Source: Candidatus Hermodarchaeota archaeon
GTDB lineage: Archaea > Asgardarchaeota > Lokiarchaeia > Sigyniarchaeales > SOKP01
Length of the DNA stretch: 64,000 bases
Direction: 5' to 3'
NCBI GenBank assembly: GCA_048885535.1
Contig: JBHLLO010000010.1
Span: 4,741 to 68,740 of the forward strand
Part shown: positions 10,074 to 18,993 of the stretch, piece after piece
How the letters are laid out: every line of letters starts with the position of its first letter
Numbering within the stretch: the first letter of the stretch is position 1
Notes under the pieces: model-generated
Told to the model about the DNA's origin: nothing
What the model saw: the letters and a program-made list of their open reading frames with translations, nothing else
The model's database searches: none
Made by a program: the position numbers and the translations under genes

Positions 10074-10991
10074 TTAGCCTTTAGATTTCTCTAAAATCAG
10101 TCTTGCTTCATATAAATCTAATTTTTTACCAGCTTTTTGTTTTTCTAATGCTGTTGCTAGCTTTTCCTGTTTAATCTTTTCAAGTTCTATATCTTTCTTT
10201 GAAGGGGTTTTATAAGATTTCTTAGCTCCTTTTCCTTTTTTATAGGATTTTTTACTTCTTGAAAAATTCCGTTTATAATTCATTAACTTTAAGAATTGTT
10301 CATGATAAGTATCAGCCTTTTTTTTATTTTCAATCAATTTTTCTTCCTCCTGTCTTTTTTTATTTTTTAATTCTTTTGTTAATTGATAGCATTCATTCAT
10401 TTTTGCGTGATATTTCTGAGATTTATTAGACCATTTATTAAGTTGCTCGTATATTTTACTTAAATTAATTTTAACAATCTGTATTTTCCTTTCTAACTTA
10501 AATAAATCAGAATTTTGTTGCTCAGCTAAATAATCTTGCTTTATTTTTGCTAATTCTCTTATCTTATCAACAATCGCATTCTCTTCAGAAATATTCAAGT
10601 TTTCGGTTTCAATTCTCCTTTCCATATTGCTTATTTTACTTTCAATTTGCTTAATCGAAACAAATTTTGAGTTAATTTTTATCTGATTAGTTGATTTCTG
10701 TAATTTTTTTTTTTCTTCCGTAAGCTTGTCTGAAATCTTTATATATTCAATTTTTTTTTCTTTTAACTTTTTAACTTTGCTATTCCAATAATCTCTTTTA
10801 TTTTTATAATCATTTTTTGCTAATTGTAAATATCGTTTAATTTGATTGTCAATTTCCTGTAAATCATTTATAAAATCTTTAGTTTTTTTATTTAAATCAT
10901 CTCTCTTCTTCTTAAATTCTTCAATTTGGTCTTGAAGTTCTTTAAAGGAAAGACTAGACGGTTGAGAGAATTCAGATTTTTCACTACTCAT
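10074..10991 (-). CDS. conserved archaeal coiled-coil protein (COG1340-like), Lys-rich C-terminal tail
   Basis: Heptad-rich K/E/Q sequence throughout. The first 33 codons of the track ORF (to 11090) are hydrophobic low-complexity, so ATG at 10991 (MSSEKSEF) is the likely start. Confidence 0.5.
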   Translation of the reverse strand: MSSEKSEFSQPSSLSFKELQDQIEEFKKKRDDLNKKTKDFINDLQEIDNQIKRYLQLAKNDYKNKRDYWNSKVKKLKEKKIEYIKISDKLTEEKKKLQKSTNQIKINSKFVSIKQIESKISNMERRIETENLNISEENAIVDKIRELAKIKQDYLAEQQNSDLFKLERKIQIVKINLSKIYEQLNKWSNKSQKYHAKMNECYQLTKELKNKKRQEEEKLIENKKKADTYHEQFLKLMNYKRNFSRSKKSYKKGKGAKKSYKTPSKKDIELEKIKQEKLATALEKQKAGKKLDLYEARLILEKSKG

Positions 10992-11246
10992 AAATAATTC
11001 ATTAAAGAGGATGTATAAAAAGATTTGATTGATTAAGTAATTCAAGCTTACATATATTTTATAGTTTTGGTATAAATCCTCCTTAATCATTTAAGGTATC
11101 ATTAATAATTACAATTCTGTAAATTTTTTAAAAAAAAATCATAGATCATTGTTCTTATTGAAATAAAATTGATAAAATCGATTTTTATTAAAGAATAAAA
11201 TCATTAAATTATATTTAGCATAATTGAAAATTAAACACAAAGTATC

Positions 11247-12113
11247 ATGAACTCAGAGTTAATAAATGAAAACGATTTAATCTTATTAGTTCTCGATGAA
11301 AGAAGGAAATGGTTAGTTAAAGTTAAGGCAGGAGATCAATTCCATACTCATAAAGGGATAATTTATTTTAATGATGTTATTGGAAAACCATATGGTTCTA
11401 TCATATTTTCAAAGCCGCATGAAACTCAGGGCTATAAATTCTATATATTGCGACCTTTACCCTCTGATTATGTTCATCATATGAGACGCAAAACACAAAT
11501 AATATACCCAGAAGATGCTGGATTAATTTTGATTTATACAGGAATAGGACCTGGGAGTCGAGTTATTGAAGCTGGTTGTGGCTCAGGAGCCTTAACATGT
11601 ATTTTAGCTAATTATATTCGCCCGAATGGACATATTTACTCATATGATATTAATAAATCTCATATAAACAGAGCTATTAAAAATATTGAAAGAACGCAAT
11701 TACAGGAATTTGTTACAATTCAATATGGTGATATATTAAATGATGATTTTGATTATAGAGAAATAGATTCTGTGGTTCTAGATATGCCACAACCTTGGAT
11801 GGCTGTTGAAAAAGTAAGATCTTATTTAAAGTTGAGTGGTACTCTTGTCTCATTTTCACCAACAATAGAACAGGTCAAAAAAACTACATTCTCCCTTAAA
11901 GGTAACCATTTTTTTGACATAAAAACATTTGAACTTATAAAAAGAGAAATGCAAGTAAAGGAGAATGCAACGAGACCTATGACAAGAATGGTTGGCCACA
12001 CTGGTTATATGACTTTTGCTAGAAAAATTCAGAAAGCGAAAAATTCCTATCGTGAAAGAATCCCTGTTAAAAAAGAATTTATTGATCTTGACGGAATGCC
12101 ATTAAGGGGGTAA
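11247..12113 (+). CDS. trmI: tRNA (adenine-N1)-methyltransferase, TrmI/Gcd14 family
   Basis: SAM motif VIEAGCGSGALT, the PQPW motif, and the family's typical N-terminal beta domain. Confidence 0.8.
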   Translation: MNSELINENDLILLVLDERRKWLVKVKAGDQFHTHKGIIYFNDVIGKPYGSIIFSKPHETQGYKFYILRPLPSDYVHHMRRKTQIIYPEDAGLILIYTGIGPGSRVIEAGCGSGALTCILANYIRPNGHIYSYDINKSHINRAIKNIERTQLQEFVTIQYGDILNDDFDYREIDSVVLDMPQPWMAVEKVRSYLKLSGTLVSFSPTIEQVKKTTFSLKGNHFFDIKTFELIKREMQVKENATRPMTRMVGHTGYMTFARKIQKAKNSYRERIPVKKEFIDLDGMPLRG

Positions 12114-12119
12114 AAAGGA

Positions 12120-12458
12120 ATGGAGGTTGATTATACTTTTTTTTCCAAATTAGATATGAGAGTAGGATTAGTTAATAGCTGTGAGAAGGTAGAAAAATCA
12201 AAGAATTTATATAAATTATTAGTTGATTGTGGTGATGCAGGGATAAAACAAATAATTACGGGTATAGCAAACTATTATTCTTCAGATCAGTTGGTAAATA
12301 AAAAAATTGTAATATTAGTTAACTTAAAACCAAAAATCATTATGGGTCTTAAAAGTGAAGGAATGCTATTAGCTGCTGATGTTAATGGCGAACCATTTTT
12401 ACTAAAAATTGAAGAAAGGGAAGGAAGACTAGTACCTCCAGGAAGTAAAATTAAATAA
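12120..12458 (+). CDS. stand-alone tRNA-binding domain protein (Trbp111/CsaA/EMAP-like OB fold)
   Basis: LDMRVG...V..a....ks.kLyklxVDxG pattern, and NLKPKxxMGxxSEGMLLAA motif typical of the MetRS C-terminal-like tRNA-binding domain. Confidence 0.7.
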   Translation: MEVDYTFFSKLDMRVGLVNSCEKVEKSKNLYKLLVDCGDAGIKQIITGIANYYSSDQLVNKKIVILVNLKPKIIMGLKSEGMLLAADVNGEPFLLKIEEREGRLVPPGSKIK

Positions 12459-12878
12459 CTAAAAGCCTTTCAATTTCACACCTGTTTGGAACTCCTTTTT
12501 TTTCTTAAACCTTTCAGTTTTAAAGAAGTGTTTCTTCTTCTCGGGCAATATATTAATATATTTCCGTAAGATATCTTCTACAAATTCTTTTGTAAACTTA
12601 TTAGGTATCTTATTGGGATCACTAAGAGATGCTAAAATTTCTTTATTTTTTGAATCTGGTGAAAGCCCCAAATTTTTAATCGGAATATGAAATGAGTGGA
12701 TGAACCATCCTACTTTTTTTTCATCATGAGCAATTACTCTCAGAATGTTCTCTTGTTCTTTTCGTATTTTTATATCAAGTAATTTTTTCCCCGATCGAAC
12801 AAGAATAGATGCGTAAATAGGGATATTACTCTTTGGATCATGAAGCTTTTTGTATAACTTCTTTAATTTCTCACTCAT
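12459..12878 (-). CDS. hypothetical protein
   Basis: 139-aa ORF abutting the stop of the preceding gene. No motif recognised. Confidence 0.35.
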   Translation of the reverse strand: MSEKLKKLYKKLHDPKSNIPIYASILVRSGKKLLDIKIRKEQENILRVIAHDEKKVGWFIHSFHIPIKNLGLSPDSKNKEILASLSDPNKIPNKFTKEFVEDILRKYINILPEKKKHFFKTERFKKKKEFQTGVKLKGF

Positions 12879-13044
12879 TCTATTTCAAATTATAAGTTAT
12901 GTAATTAGAATGTTAATATAATCTAATTAAGAATGATAAATAAACTTACCAATTATTTCTATTGTTAAGAACCTTGTTTTCATTCTAATAAAGATGAAAA
13001 ATATTCGTAATAAATTTATATTACAAATTTTTCTAAATATTACT

Positions 13045-13467
13045 ATGCCAGTCCAATTAAAGGTATTTGAGATAAATACTAAACCTTTTTGTGATATAAT
13101 AAATATAACCTCTCAAGTTCAAACTATAATTAACGAGAGTCGATTAAATAACGGAATAGTTACTGTTCATGTGGGGGGATCAACTGGAGCAATCACAACC
13201 ACTGAATATGAACCAGGTTTAGTTAAGCATGATATTGAAGAACTCTTAGAGAATTTAATTCCTTATAAAAAGAGTTATCAACATCATAAAACATGGGGGG
13301 ACCATAATGGAGCAGGGCACTTAAGGAGTCTTCTTCTTAAAACCTCTCAAACATTTCCATTTCATAATAAAAGAATAATCTTAGGTACTTGGCAACAAAT
13401 TATTTTCTGTGAATTTGATGAAAAACCTCGAAATCGAAGAATTTATTGTCAAATAATTGGTGAGTGA
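13045..13467 (+). CDS. YjbQ/UPF0047-family protein (secondary thiamine-phosphate synthase-like)
   Basis: HxxxGxDHxxAHLRS-like motif (GDHNGAGHLRSLLL) and WQxI motif (GTWQQIIFCEFD). The track ORF begins at 12994, but the family length fits the start at MPVQLKV (13045). Confidence 0.8.
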   Translation: MPVQLKVFEINTKPFCDIINITSQVQTIINESRLNNGIVTVHVGGSTGAITTTEYEPGLVKHDIEELLENLIPYKKSYQHHKTWGDHNGAGHLRSLLLKTSQTFPFHNKRIILGTWQQIIFCEFDEKPRNRRIYCQIIGE

Positions 13468-13475
13468 TTAAAAGT

Positions 13476-13685
13476 CTATTTTTTTTTAAGTAATGAATTG
13501 AACTCATTAACTAACAGATTATAGATTTCTCTACGACGTATATCTATCATTTTAAGGATTGTATAATGACAATCTTCGATCTTATTTTTAAAGAGTGGTA
13601 TTTTTCTTATAACATTATCAAATCGATTTTTTTGATTAATCTGATATTTTAAAAACTCTAAAAACTTATTTTTTTCCTCAATCAT
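13476..13685 (-). CDS. hypothetical small protein
   Basis: 69-aa ORF only. Confidence 0.25.
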   Translation of the reverse strand: MIEEKNKFLEFLKYQINQKNRFDNVIRKIPLFKNKIEDCHYTILKMIDIRRREIYNLLVNEFNSLLKKK

Positions 13686-13938
13686 TTAAATTAACCTCAA
13701 AAGTTATTATGAGAATACATAACCAAACCCAATTAAAAATAGAAATATTATCCTTAAGTCATTGAAATGTCATTCTTAGGTTATTAGAGTATTATTTAAG
13801 AATTACTGGAATATTATTTTAAATTCCTTTTGATTAACATAAGGTTAAAAATAATGATTTTCACTTTCTAATAAATATTTATAGATTAGTATAAATAACT
13901 CATATTTTATATATTCATAGAAATAACGAATTGAATCG

Positions 13939-14871
13939 ATGATGGAACATCTTGTAAAAATTATTGTTGCTGGATTAGATAATGCAGGTAAAACTTCAAT
14001 TTTAACAGCTTTAGATAAGAAATATGATTTTCATAAGGATATAATTTCACTCACTCCCACTATTCGAGTAGAATATCATGCCACTGAATTCTTAGGACAA
14101 CGGGTGATCTTTTGGGATTGTGGTGGTCAACAAAAGTATAGAGAATTATATGAGAGAAAACCAGACTTCTATTTTGATGGAACAGATTTACTCGTATATA
14201 TTATTGATATACAGGATAAAGAAAGATATGAAAACTCTCTTGAATATTTAGAAAGAATAATGGGATATTTTATAAAAAATAATATAGATGTTCCTCTGAT
14301 AATTTCATTTCATAAATATGACCCAGAAATTAGAAATGGCGCCTTTTATATAGAAGAAATAAGAAATTTAAGAGAAAAAGTTCTGGTGAAATACCCGAAT
14401 CTTAAGATTTTATTTCAACAGACTTCAATATTTGACATAATCTCAATTATACAATTAGTATCTTATGGACTATCTGTATTTGATGAGAAATTTTTTGAAT
14501 TGTCAGAATTGCTTGAAAATTATCTGAATGAATTCAATTGTAAATCTTTAATTTTATTTGATAAAAATGGAATTATTATAAGTGAATTTTATAGTCGTGA
14601 GATACAACCAGAGTACTATGTTGAATTATTAGAGTCTATTAAGGAACATCTATTTTTGCTTAAAAGAATGCAAGAAGAATCTTACGAAGCAGAATATAAC
14701 CTCTCATCAAATGGCACTGGGTTATTATCATATCTACATCGACTAACAATTGGAAGAGAATCATTATTTATTTCTGTCATTTTACAAGAAAATCAAAAAG
14801 ATGATTTTTTAGAAAATTTTTCAGAATTTTTTACGAGATTGAAGGACCTACTAACCCCAATTCTATCATAA
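13939..14871 (+). CDS. Rag/Gtr-like small GTPase (GTPase domain plus roadblock-like C-terminal domain)
   Basis: G1 is GLDNAGKT, G3 is WDCGGQ (identical to the Rag/Gtr G3 block), G4 is HKYD (Rag uses HKxD). After the GTPase domain comes TSIFD, then about 125 aa with a roadblock-like pattern (SLILFDKNGIIISEF...). At 310 aa the length equals that of eukaryotic Rag proteins. Confidence 0.7.
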   Translation: MMEHLVKIIVAGLDNAGKTSILTALDKKYDFHKDIISLTPTIRVEYHATEFLGQRVIFWDCGGQQKYRELYERKPDFYFDGTDLLVYIIDIQDKERYENSLEYLERIMGYFIKNNIDVPLIISFHKYDPEIRNGAFYIEEIRNLREKVLVKYPNLKILFQQTSIFDIISIIQLVSYGLSVFDEKFFELSELLENYLNEFNCKSLILFDKNGIIISEFYSREIQPEYYVELLESIKEHLFLLKRMQEESYEAEYNLSSNGTGLLSYLHRLTIGRESLFISVILQENQKDDFLENFSEFFTRLKDLLTPILS

Positions 14872-14888
14872 AGCACAGAATTAAACTC

Positions 14889-15998
14889 TTAATCAGCTTT
14901 CAAGATTTTTCTTGCAGTATCGATTAATTTTTCTTTTTTATTTTGATGATCTTTTATAAATTTGATTACTTTTTCTAAACAGTCCTGTTTATGATCCCCA
15001 CACATTAACTCACCCTTTATACACGCTTCGAAGTCTTCAGTAAGTTTTTCATCTTTATCTTCAAAGTGGTACATTAACATTTTATAAATCATGCATTTAT
15101 TAGGTTCTCCACCTAACTCCTTTTGTTCCTTTTTATTTCGACGTCCTCCTGTCAAGGAACCCATAACTTTCTTCTCAATTGACTCTAAAGGTTCATTAAA
15201 AGTGAAATAACTATTTGGATTTCTCTTTGCCATTTTTTCGGATCCATCAATACCTGCTAATAAATAATGATAGGTTGCACCTGGAATAAAGAAGCCATTG
15301 TAATATCTACGTGTGAGATCTCGAGTAAGACGAATATGAGGGTCTTGATCTATTCCCACGGGAACTATAGTTGGTTGGGGACCATCTAATATCTGAGGTA
15401 ACACTATATCTCCTACTTGAATAAGTGCTGATAGATAAAGTCCGAAAGCTTTTTCTCCATAGATAGCATTTAACATATTCTGAGTAACTAATCTACTTAC
15501 TTTAAAACACACGTCTTTTACAATTGGTTCTTTAGATTGTCTCCAAATAAATGCCTTGTTCGGGGAAGGATCTAATCCTAAAGCTAGAATATCTGCTATA
15601 TTGTCAATCGCAAATTCTTCTGATTCTTCGTAAGTCAATCCATTATCTTCCCATGTTTCTATATCTGCTATTCCATAATATGCTTTTGCGCCCATTCTTT
15701 GAAATTCTATAATTTCAAGAGCTGTAGTTGATGTTCCAAGGTGAAACGGTCCAGAAGGCTTAATACCACTCATTACTGCCCAAGGTTGATTCATTTCCAG
15801 TGCTTTAAATATAAGTTTCAAATCTCTATGACCAAAAATAATTTTTCTTCTAATAAACCTATTTTCGATAAACTTTTCTCTAGTAATAGTGTCTATCTCT
15901 TCTATCCCAAATTCCTTAATTAATCTTACATAATCCTCATCTAAAAGGTGGGTACCTCCCCATGGATCGATTCTCATAGCTTCTTTCTTCTTTGGCAT
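14889..15998 (-). CDS. trpS: tryptophan--tRNA ligase (archaeal/eukaryotic type)
   Basis: N-terminal DPWG...LIKEFG...FIRRKIIFGHRD pattern shared with eukaryotic/archaeal TrpRS. HIGH-like motif PSGPFHLG. KMSKS-like motif KMAKR. Confidence 0.85.
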   Translation of the reverse strand: MPKKKEAMRIDPWGGTHLLDEDYVRLIKEFGIEEIDTITREKFIENRFIRRKIIFGHRDLKLIFKALEMNQPWAVMSGIKPSGPFHLGTSTTALEIIEFQRMGAKAYYGIADIETWEDNGLTYEESEEFAIDNIADILALGLDPSPNKAFIWRQSKEPIVKDVCFKVSRLVTQNMLNAIYGEKAFGLYLSALIQVGDIVLPQILDGPQPTIVPVGIDQDPHIRLTRDLTRRYYNGFFIPGATYHYLLAGIDGSEKMAKRNPNSYFTFNEPLESIEKKVMGSLTGGRRNKKEQKELGGEPNKCMIYKMLMYHFEDKDEKLTEDFEACIKGELMCGDHKQDCLEKVIKFIKDHQNKKEKLIDTARKILKAD

Positions 15999-16206
15999 TT
16001 AAATCATTTTGAAAAATATATGATAGTACTAATCAATCACAAGTAAAAAGATTTTTGAACCAAGCAAAGTATAAAACCAAAATATAGTAGATTATATTTT
16101 AATTACTCTTCAACAGGTTTACCTAATAAAAATAATCTAAATTATAATTCCTTAACAAATTATAAGCAGAAACTATATTTTATCAATTTGGTATTTAGAT
16201 ATTATA

Positions 16207-16611
16207 ATGACTGAAGAAGAAAATATTAGTGAAGATGATTGGGAAAAAAAATTAACCAAAGAACAATTTCATGTCTTACGTCAAAAAGGAACAGAAAGAC
16301 CATTTACAGGTAAATACTGGAATAATCATGAGAAAGGAATATATTATTGTGCAGGATGTGGAACACCTTTATTTGATTCTAATAATAAATTTGATTCAGG
16401 GACGGGCTGGCCTAGCTTTACTGCGCCAATAGAGAATAAAGTAGTTTCCGAGAAAAGTGATTTAAGCTTTGGAATGAAACGTACAGAAATCTTATGCTCA
16501 AAATGCGGAGGACATTTGGGTCATGTATTTAAAGATGGTCCTAAGTCAACTGGCTTAAGATATTGCATCAATTCAATATCCCTAAAATTCGATTCTAAAG
16601 AAGAAGAATAA
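16207..16611 (+). CDS. msrB: peptide-methionine (R)-S-oxide reductase
   Basis: Two CxxC zinc motifs ([21 protein letters not shown]) and the catalytic RYCINS motif. Confidence 0.9.
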   Translation: MTEEENISEDDWEKKLTKEQFHVLRQKGTERPFTGKYWNNHEKGIYYCAGCGTPLFDSNNKFDSGTGWPSFTAPIENKVVSEKSDLSFGMKRTEILCSKCGGHLGHVFKDGPKSTGLRYCINSISLKFDSKEEE

Positions 16612-16614
16612 TTT

Positions 16615-17076
16615 TTATAAACCAATAATTGATGAAGAGTTCTTATATTCCTTTAAAACCATATTTGAAATTGTTTTTGTTACATATGGTTTTTCGTTCA
16701 ATTCTCTGATAAAATCATGAACATCTCCAGCTTCTTTAAATCGACAGATTAAACAGGCAGATTGTTCTCCAGTAGTGTGAAATATTGAACAAACCTCAGG
16801 GATTTCTTTTATTTCATTTAAAATATCTACCGTATGTTTACCGTCTATCTGAATTCTAATTAAAAAAATTAGTTTATAACCTAATTTTTCATTATTAAGC
16901 TTTAGAGTATAACCTTCGATGATTCCATCGTTTTCTAACTTAGTTAAGCGATTATGAATAGTTCCAATTGAAATTCCAAGTGAATCATGGATTTCACGAT
17001 AAGAAGTCTTAGCATTCTCTTGAAGAATACGAATAATGCTTCTGTCGATATCATCCAAAGGCTTTTCTTTTTTCAT
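16615..17076 (-). CDS. Lrp/AsnC-family transcriptional regulator
   Basis: N-terminal HTH (LDDIDRSIIRILQENAKTSYREI) plus a C-terminal RAM/ACT-like domain. 153 aa. Confidence 0.85.
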   Translation of the reverse strand: MKKEKPLDDIDRSIIRILQENAKTSYREIHDSLGISIGTIHNRLTKLENDGIIEGYTLKLNNEKLGYKLIFLIRIQIDGKHTVDILNEIKEIPEVCSIFHTTGEQSACLICRFKEAGDVHDFIRELNEKPYVTKTISNMVLKEYKNSSSIIGL

Positions 17077-17276
17077 TTTTAAAGAGCTATAAAATTATAG
17101 GAATTCATTATAAATTATTGTGAACGATATTTATAAGTTATTATTTGTAATTAAAAAAATTTCAATTTTCACATTAATTTCAATTAGTTTTTATAATGAT
17201 CTCTAAATCATAAAATTCTTTAATCACGTGATATTAAAAAATTCAGTAAAATAGGATCAATTTTAAAGTGAAAAAG

Positions 17277-18866
17277 ATGTCAGTACCAATATTAATTTTA
17301 AGGGAAAACACCGAGGACGTACGGGAACGAGAGGCCCGAATGCAGAATATTAAGGCAATGATGGGCATAACTGAAACAGTTAGGTCCACTCTTGGTCCAA
17401 AGGGAATGAACAAGATGCTTGTTGACTCAATGGGAGATGTAACAATCACCAATGATGGTGCAGAAATTTTGAAAAATCTTGATATTGAAAATGTAGCAGC
17501 TAATATGATGGTGAATATAGCAAAAGCAATTGATGAAGAAATAGGAGATGGTACTACAACCGCAGTAATCTTTTCTGCTGCATTATTGGGAAATGCTTTA
17601 GATCTAATAGAACAAGATATTCATCCAAAACCCATTACTCATGGCTATAGATTAGCAGCAAATAAAGCTCTTTCAATTTTAGACAAGATTTCAAATGAAA
17701 TTTCTATTGAAGATGAAAAGATACTTAGAGATATTGCTAAAACATCAATGAATGCGAAGGATGTAGTCGGGTTGAGAGATTTTTTCGCAGATTTAGCTTT
17801 AAAAGCTGTTAATCATATTAAAGATGAAGAGGGTAAAACCTTCTCAAAAGTCAGTAATGTAAAAATAGTTAAAGCACCAGGAAAGTCTCTTAAAGATTCA
17901 GAACTCGTGAATGGCATTTATTTACAGAAAGAAAAAATCAATATATCTATGCCGGATATGATTAAGGATGCTAAAATTGCTGTGATAAGAAGAAAACTTG
18001 ACGTAGTAAAAACTGAATTTGATGCCCAAATCCAAATTTCAAGTCCTTCAGATATCCAAAGATTCTTAGATCAAGAGGAAAAAATCTTAACAGATTACTT
18101 GAAAATTTTCAAAGAGACCGGTGTAAACATGATTATTAACAGCCAAGATATATCTGATAAATTTGGGGCTTATCTGGTAAGAGAAGGAATTTCAGCAATA
18201 AAAAACGTTGGAGAAGATGATTTAAAAGCCGTATTAAAGGCAGTAGGTGCCAAACAAGTAGATGATCTTACTTCATTATCAGAAGAAGATTTAGGATATG
18301 CTGCTTCTGTTAAATTCGAAAAGTTAGATAAAGATGACTATACAATACTTTCTGGTTGCAAGAATCCGAAATCTGTGTCAATCTTATTAAAAGGTGGTTT
18401 AGAAAAGATATTAAGTACAGCAGAAATTACTTTGCATGATGTGCTTTCAGTCATAGCTAAAACTTTGGATACTAAAAAAGTTGTTGCTGGTGGAGGGGCG
18501 ATTTACATGGAATTAGCAAAAAGATTGAGGGAGTACGCAAATGAAGTCAGTGGAAAAGAACAACTTGCAATTAATGCATTTGCACTAGCTCTTGAAGAAA
18601 TCCCAAAAACGTTAATTAGAAATGCTGGGTTAGATGAAATTGAAAAGATGACAGAATTAAGAGCGGCACATAAAACTGAGAATGATAAATGGATTGGAAT
18701 AGATACGATTACAAACACAATAGGAGATAACTTTGAAAAAGGCATCGTTGAACCTGCTGCATTAATAAGTCATGTGTTAAAATCTGGAAGCGAATTAGCA
18801 AATTTAATATTAAGAGTCGATAGAATTATCAGTGCAAAAGGATCAAAAACTCCTGGATTAGATTAA
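17277..18866 (+). CDS. ths: thermosome subunit (group II chaperonin)
   Basis: GPKGMNKMLVD, ITNDGAEIL, GDGTTTAV and VAGGGA motifs. The track ORF starts at GTG 17268; ATG at 17277 is likely. Confidence 0.95.
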   Translation: MSVPILILRENTEDVREREARMQNIKAMMGITETVRSTLGPKGMNKMLVDSMGDVTITNDGAEILKNLDIENVAANMMVNIAKAIDEEIGDGTTTAVIFSAALLGNALDLIEQDIHPKPITHGYRLAANKALSILDKISNEISIEDEKILRDIAKTSMNAKDVVGLRDFFADLALKAVNHIKDEEGKTFSKVSNVKIVKAPGKSLKDSELVNGIYLQKEKINISMPDMIKDAKIAVIRRKLDVVKTEFDAQIQISSPSDIQRFLDQEEKILTDYLKIFKETGVNMIINSQDISDKFGAYLVREGISAIKNVGEDDLKAVLKAVGAKQVDDLTSLSEEDLGYAASVKFEKLDKDDYTILSGCKNPKSVSILLKGGLEKILSTAEITLHDVLSVIAKTLDTKKVVAGGGAIYMELAKRLREYANEVSGKEQLAINAFALALEEIPKTLIRNAGLDEIEKMTELRAAHKTENDKWIGIDTITNTIGDNFEKGIVEPAALISHVLKSGSELANLILRVDRIISAKGSKTPGLD

Positions 18867-18885
18867 TTTTTTTTCTTTTTTTTTT
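18867..18885 (+). terminator. oligo-T tract (T8 C T10) immediately after the thermosome stop codon
   Basis: Archaeal intrinsic termination uses oligo-T tracts. This run starts 1 nt after the stop. Confidence 0.5.
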
Positions 18886-18993
18886 AAGATATTTTAAATT
18901 CCTTAAAACATCTAATTTGTAAAACTTTTTAACAATCTTTCTTTTCTTTAAGCATATTCTATTTCATTTCTATTTAAATTTTAGGCACTTAAC

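Noticed and set aside
10992-11090. N-terminal 33-codon extension of the coiled-coil ORF, and similar 5' extensions at 4891-4908, 12994-13044 and 17268-17276
   Set aside because: The extensions are hydrophobic or low-complexity, or start at GTG/TTG immediately upstream of a good ATG. Family lengths fit the downstream starts.
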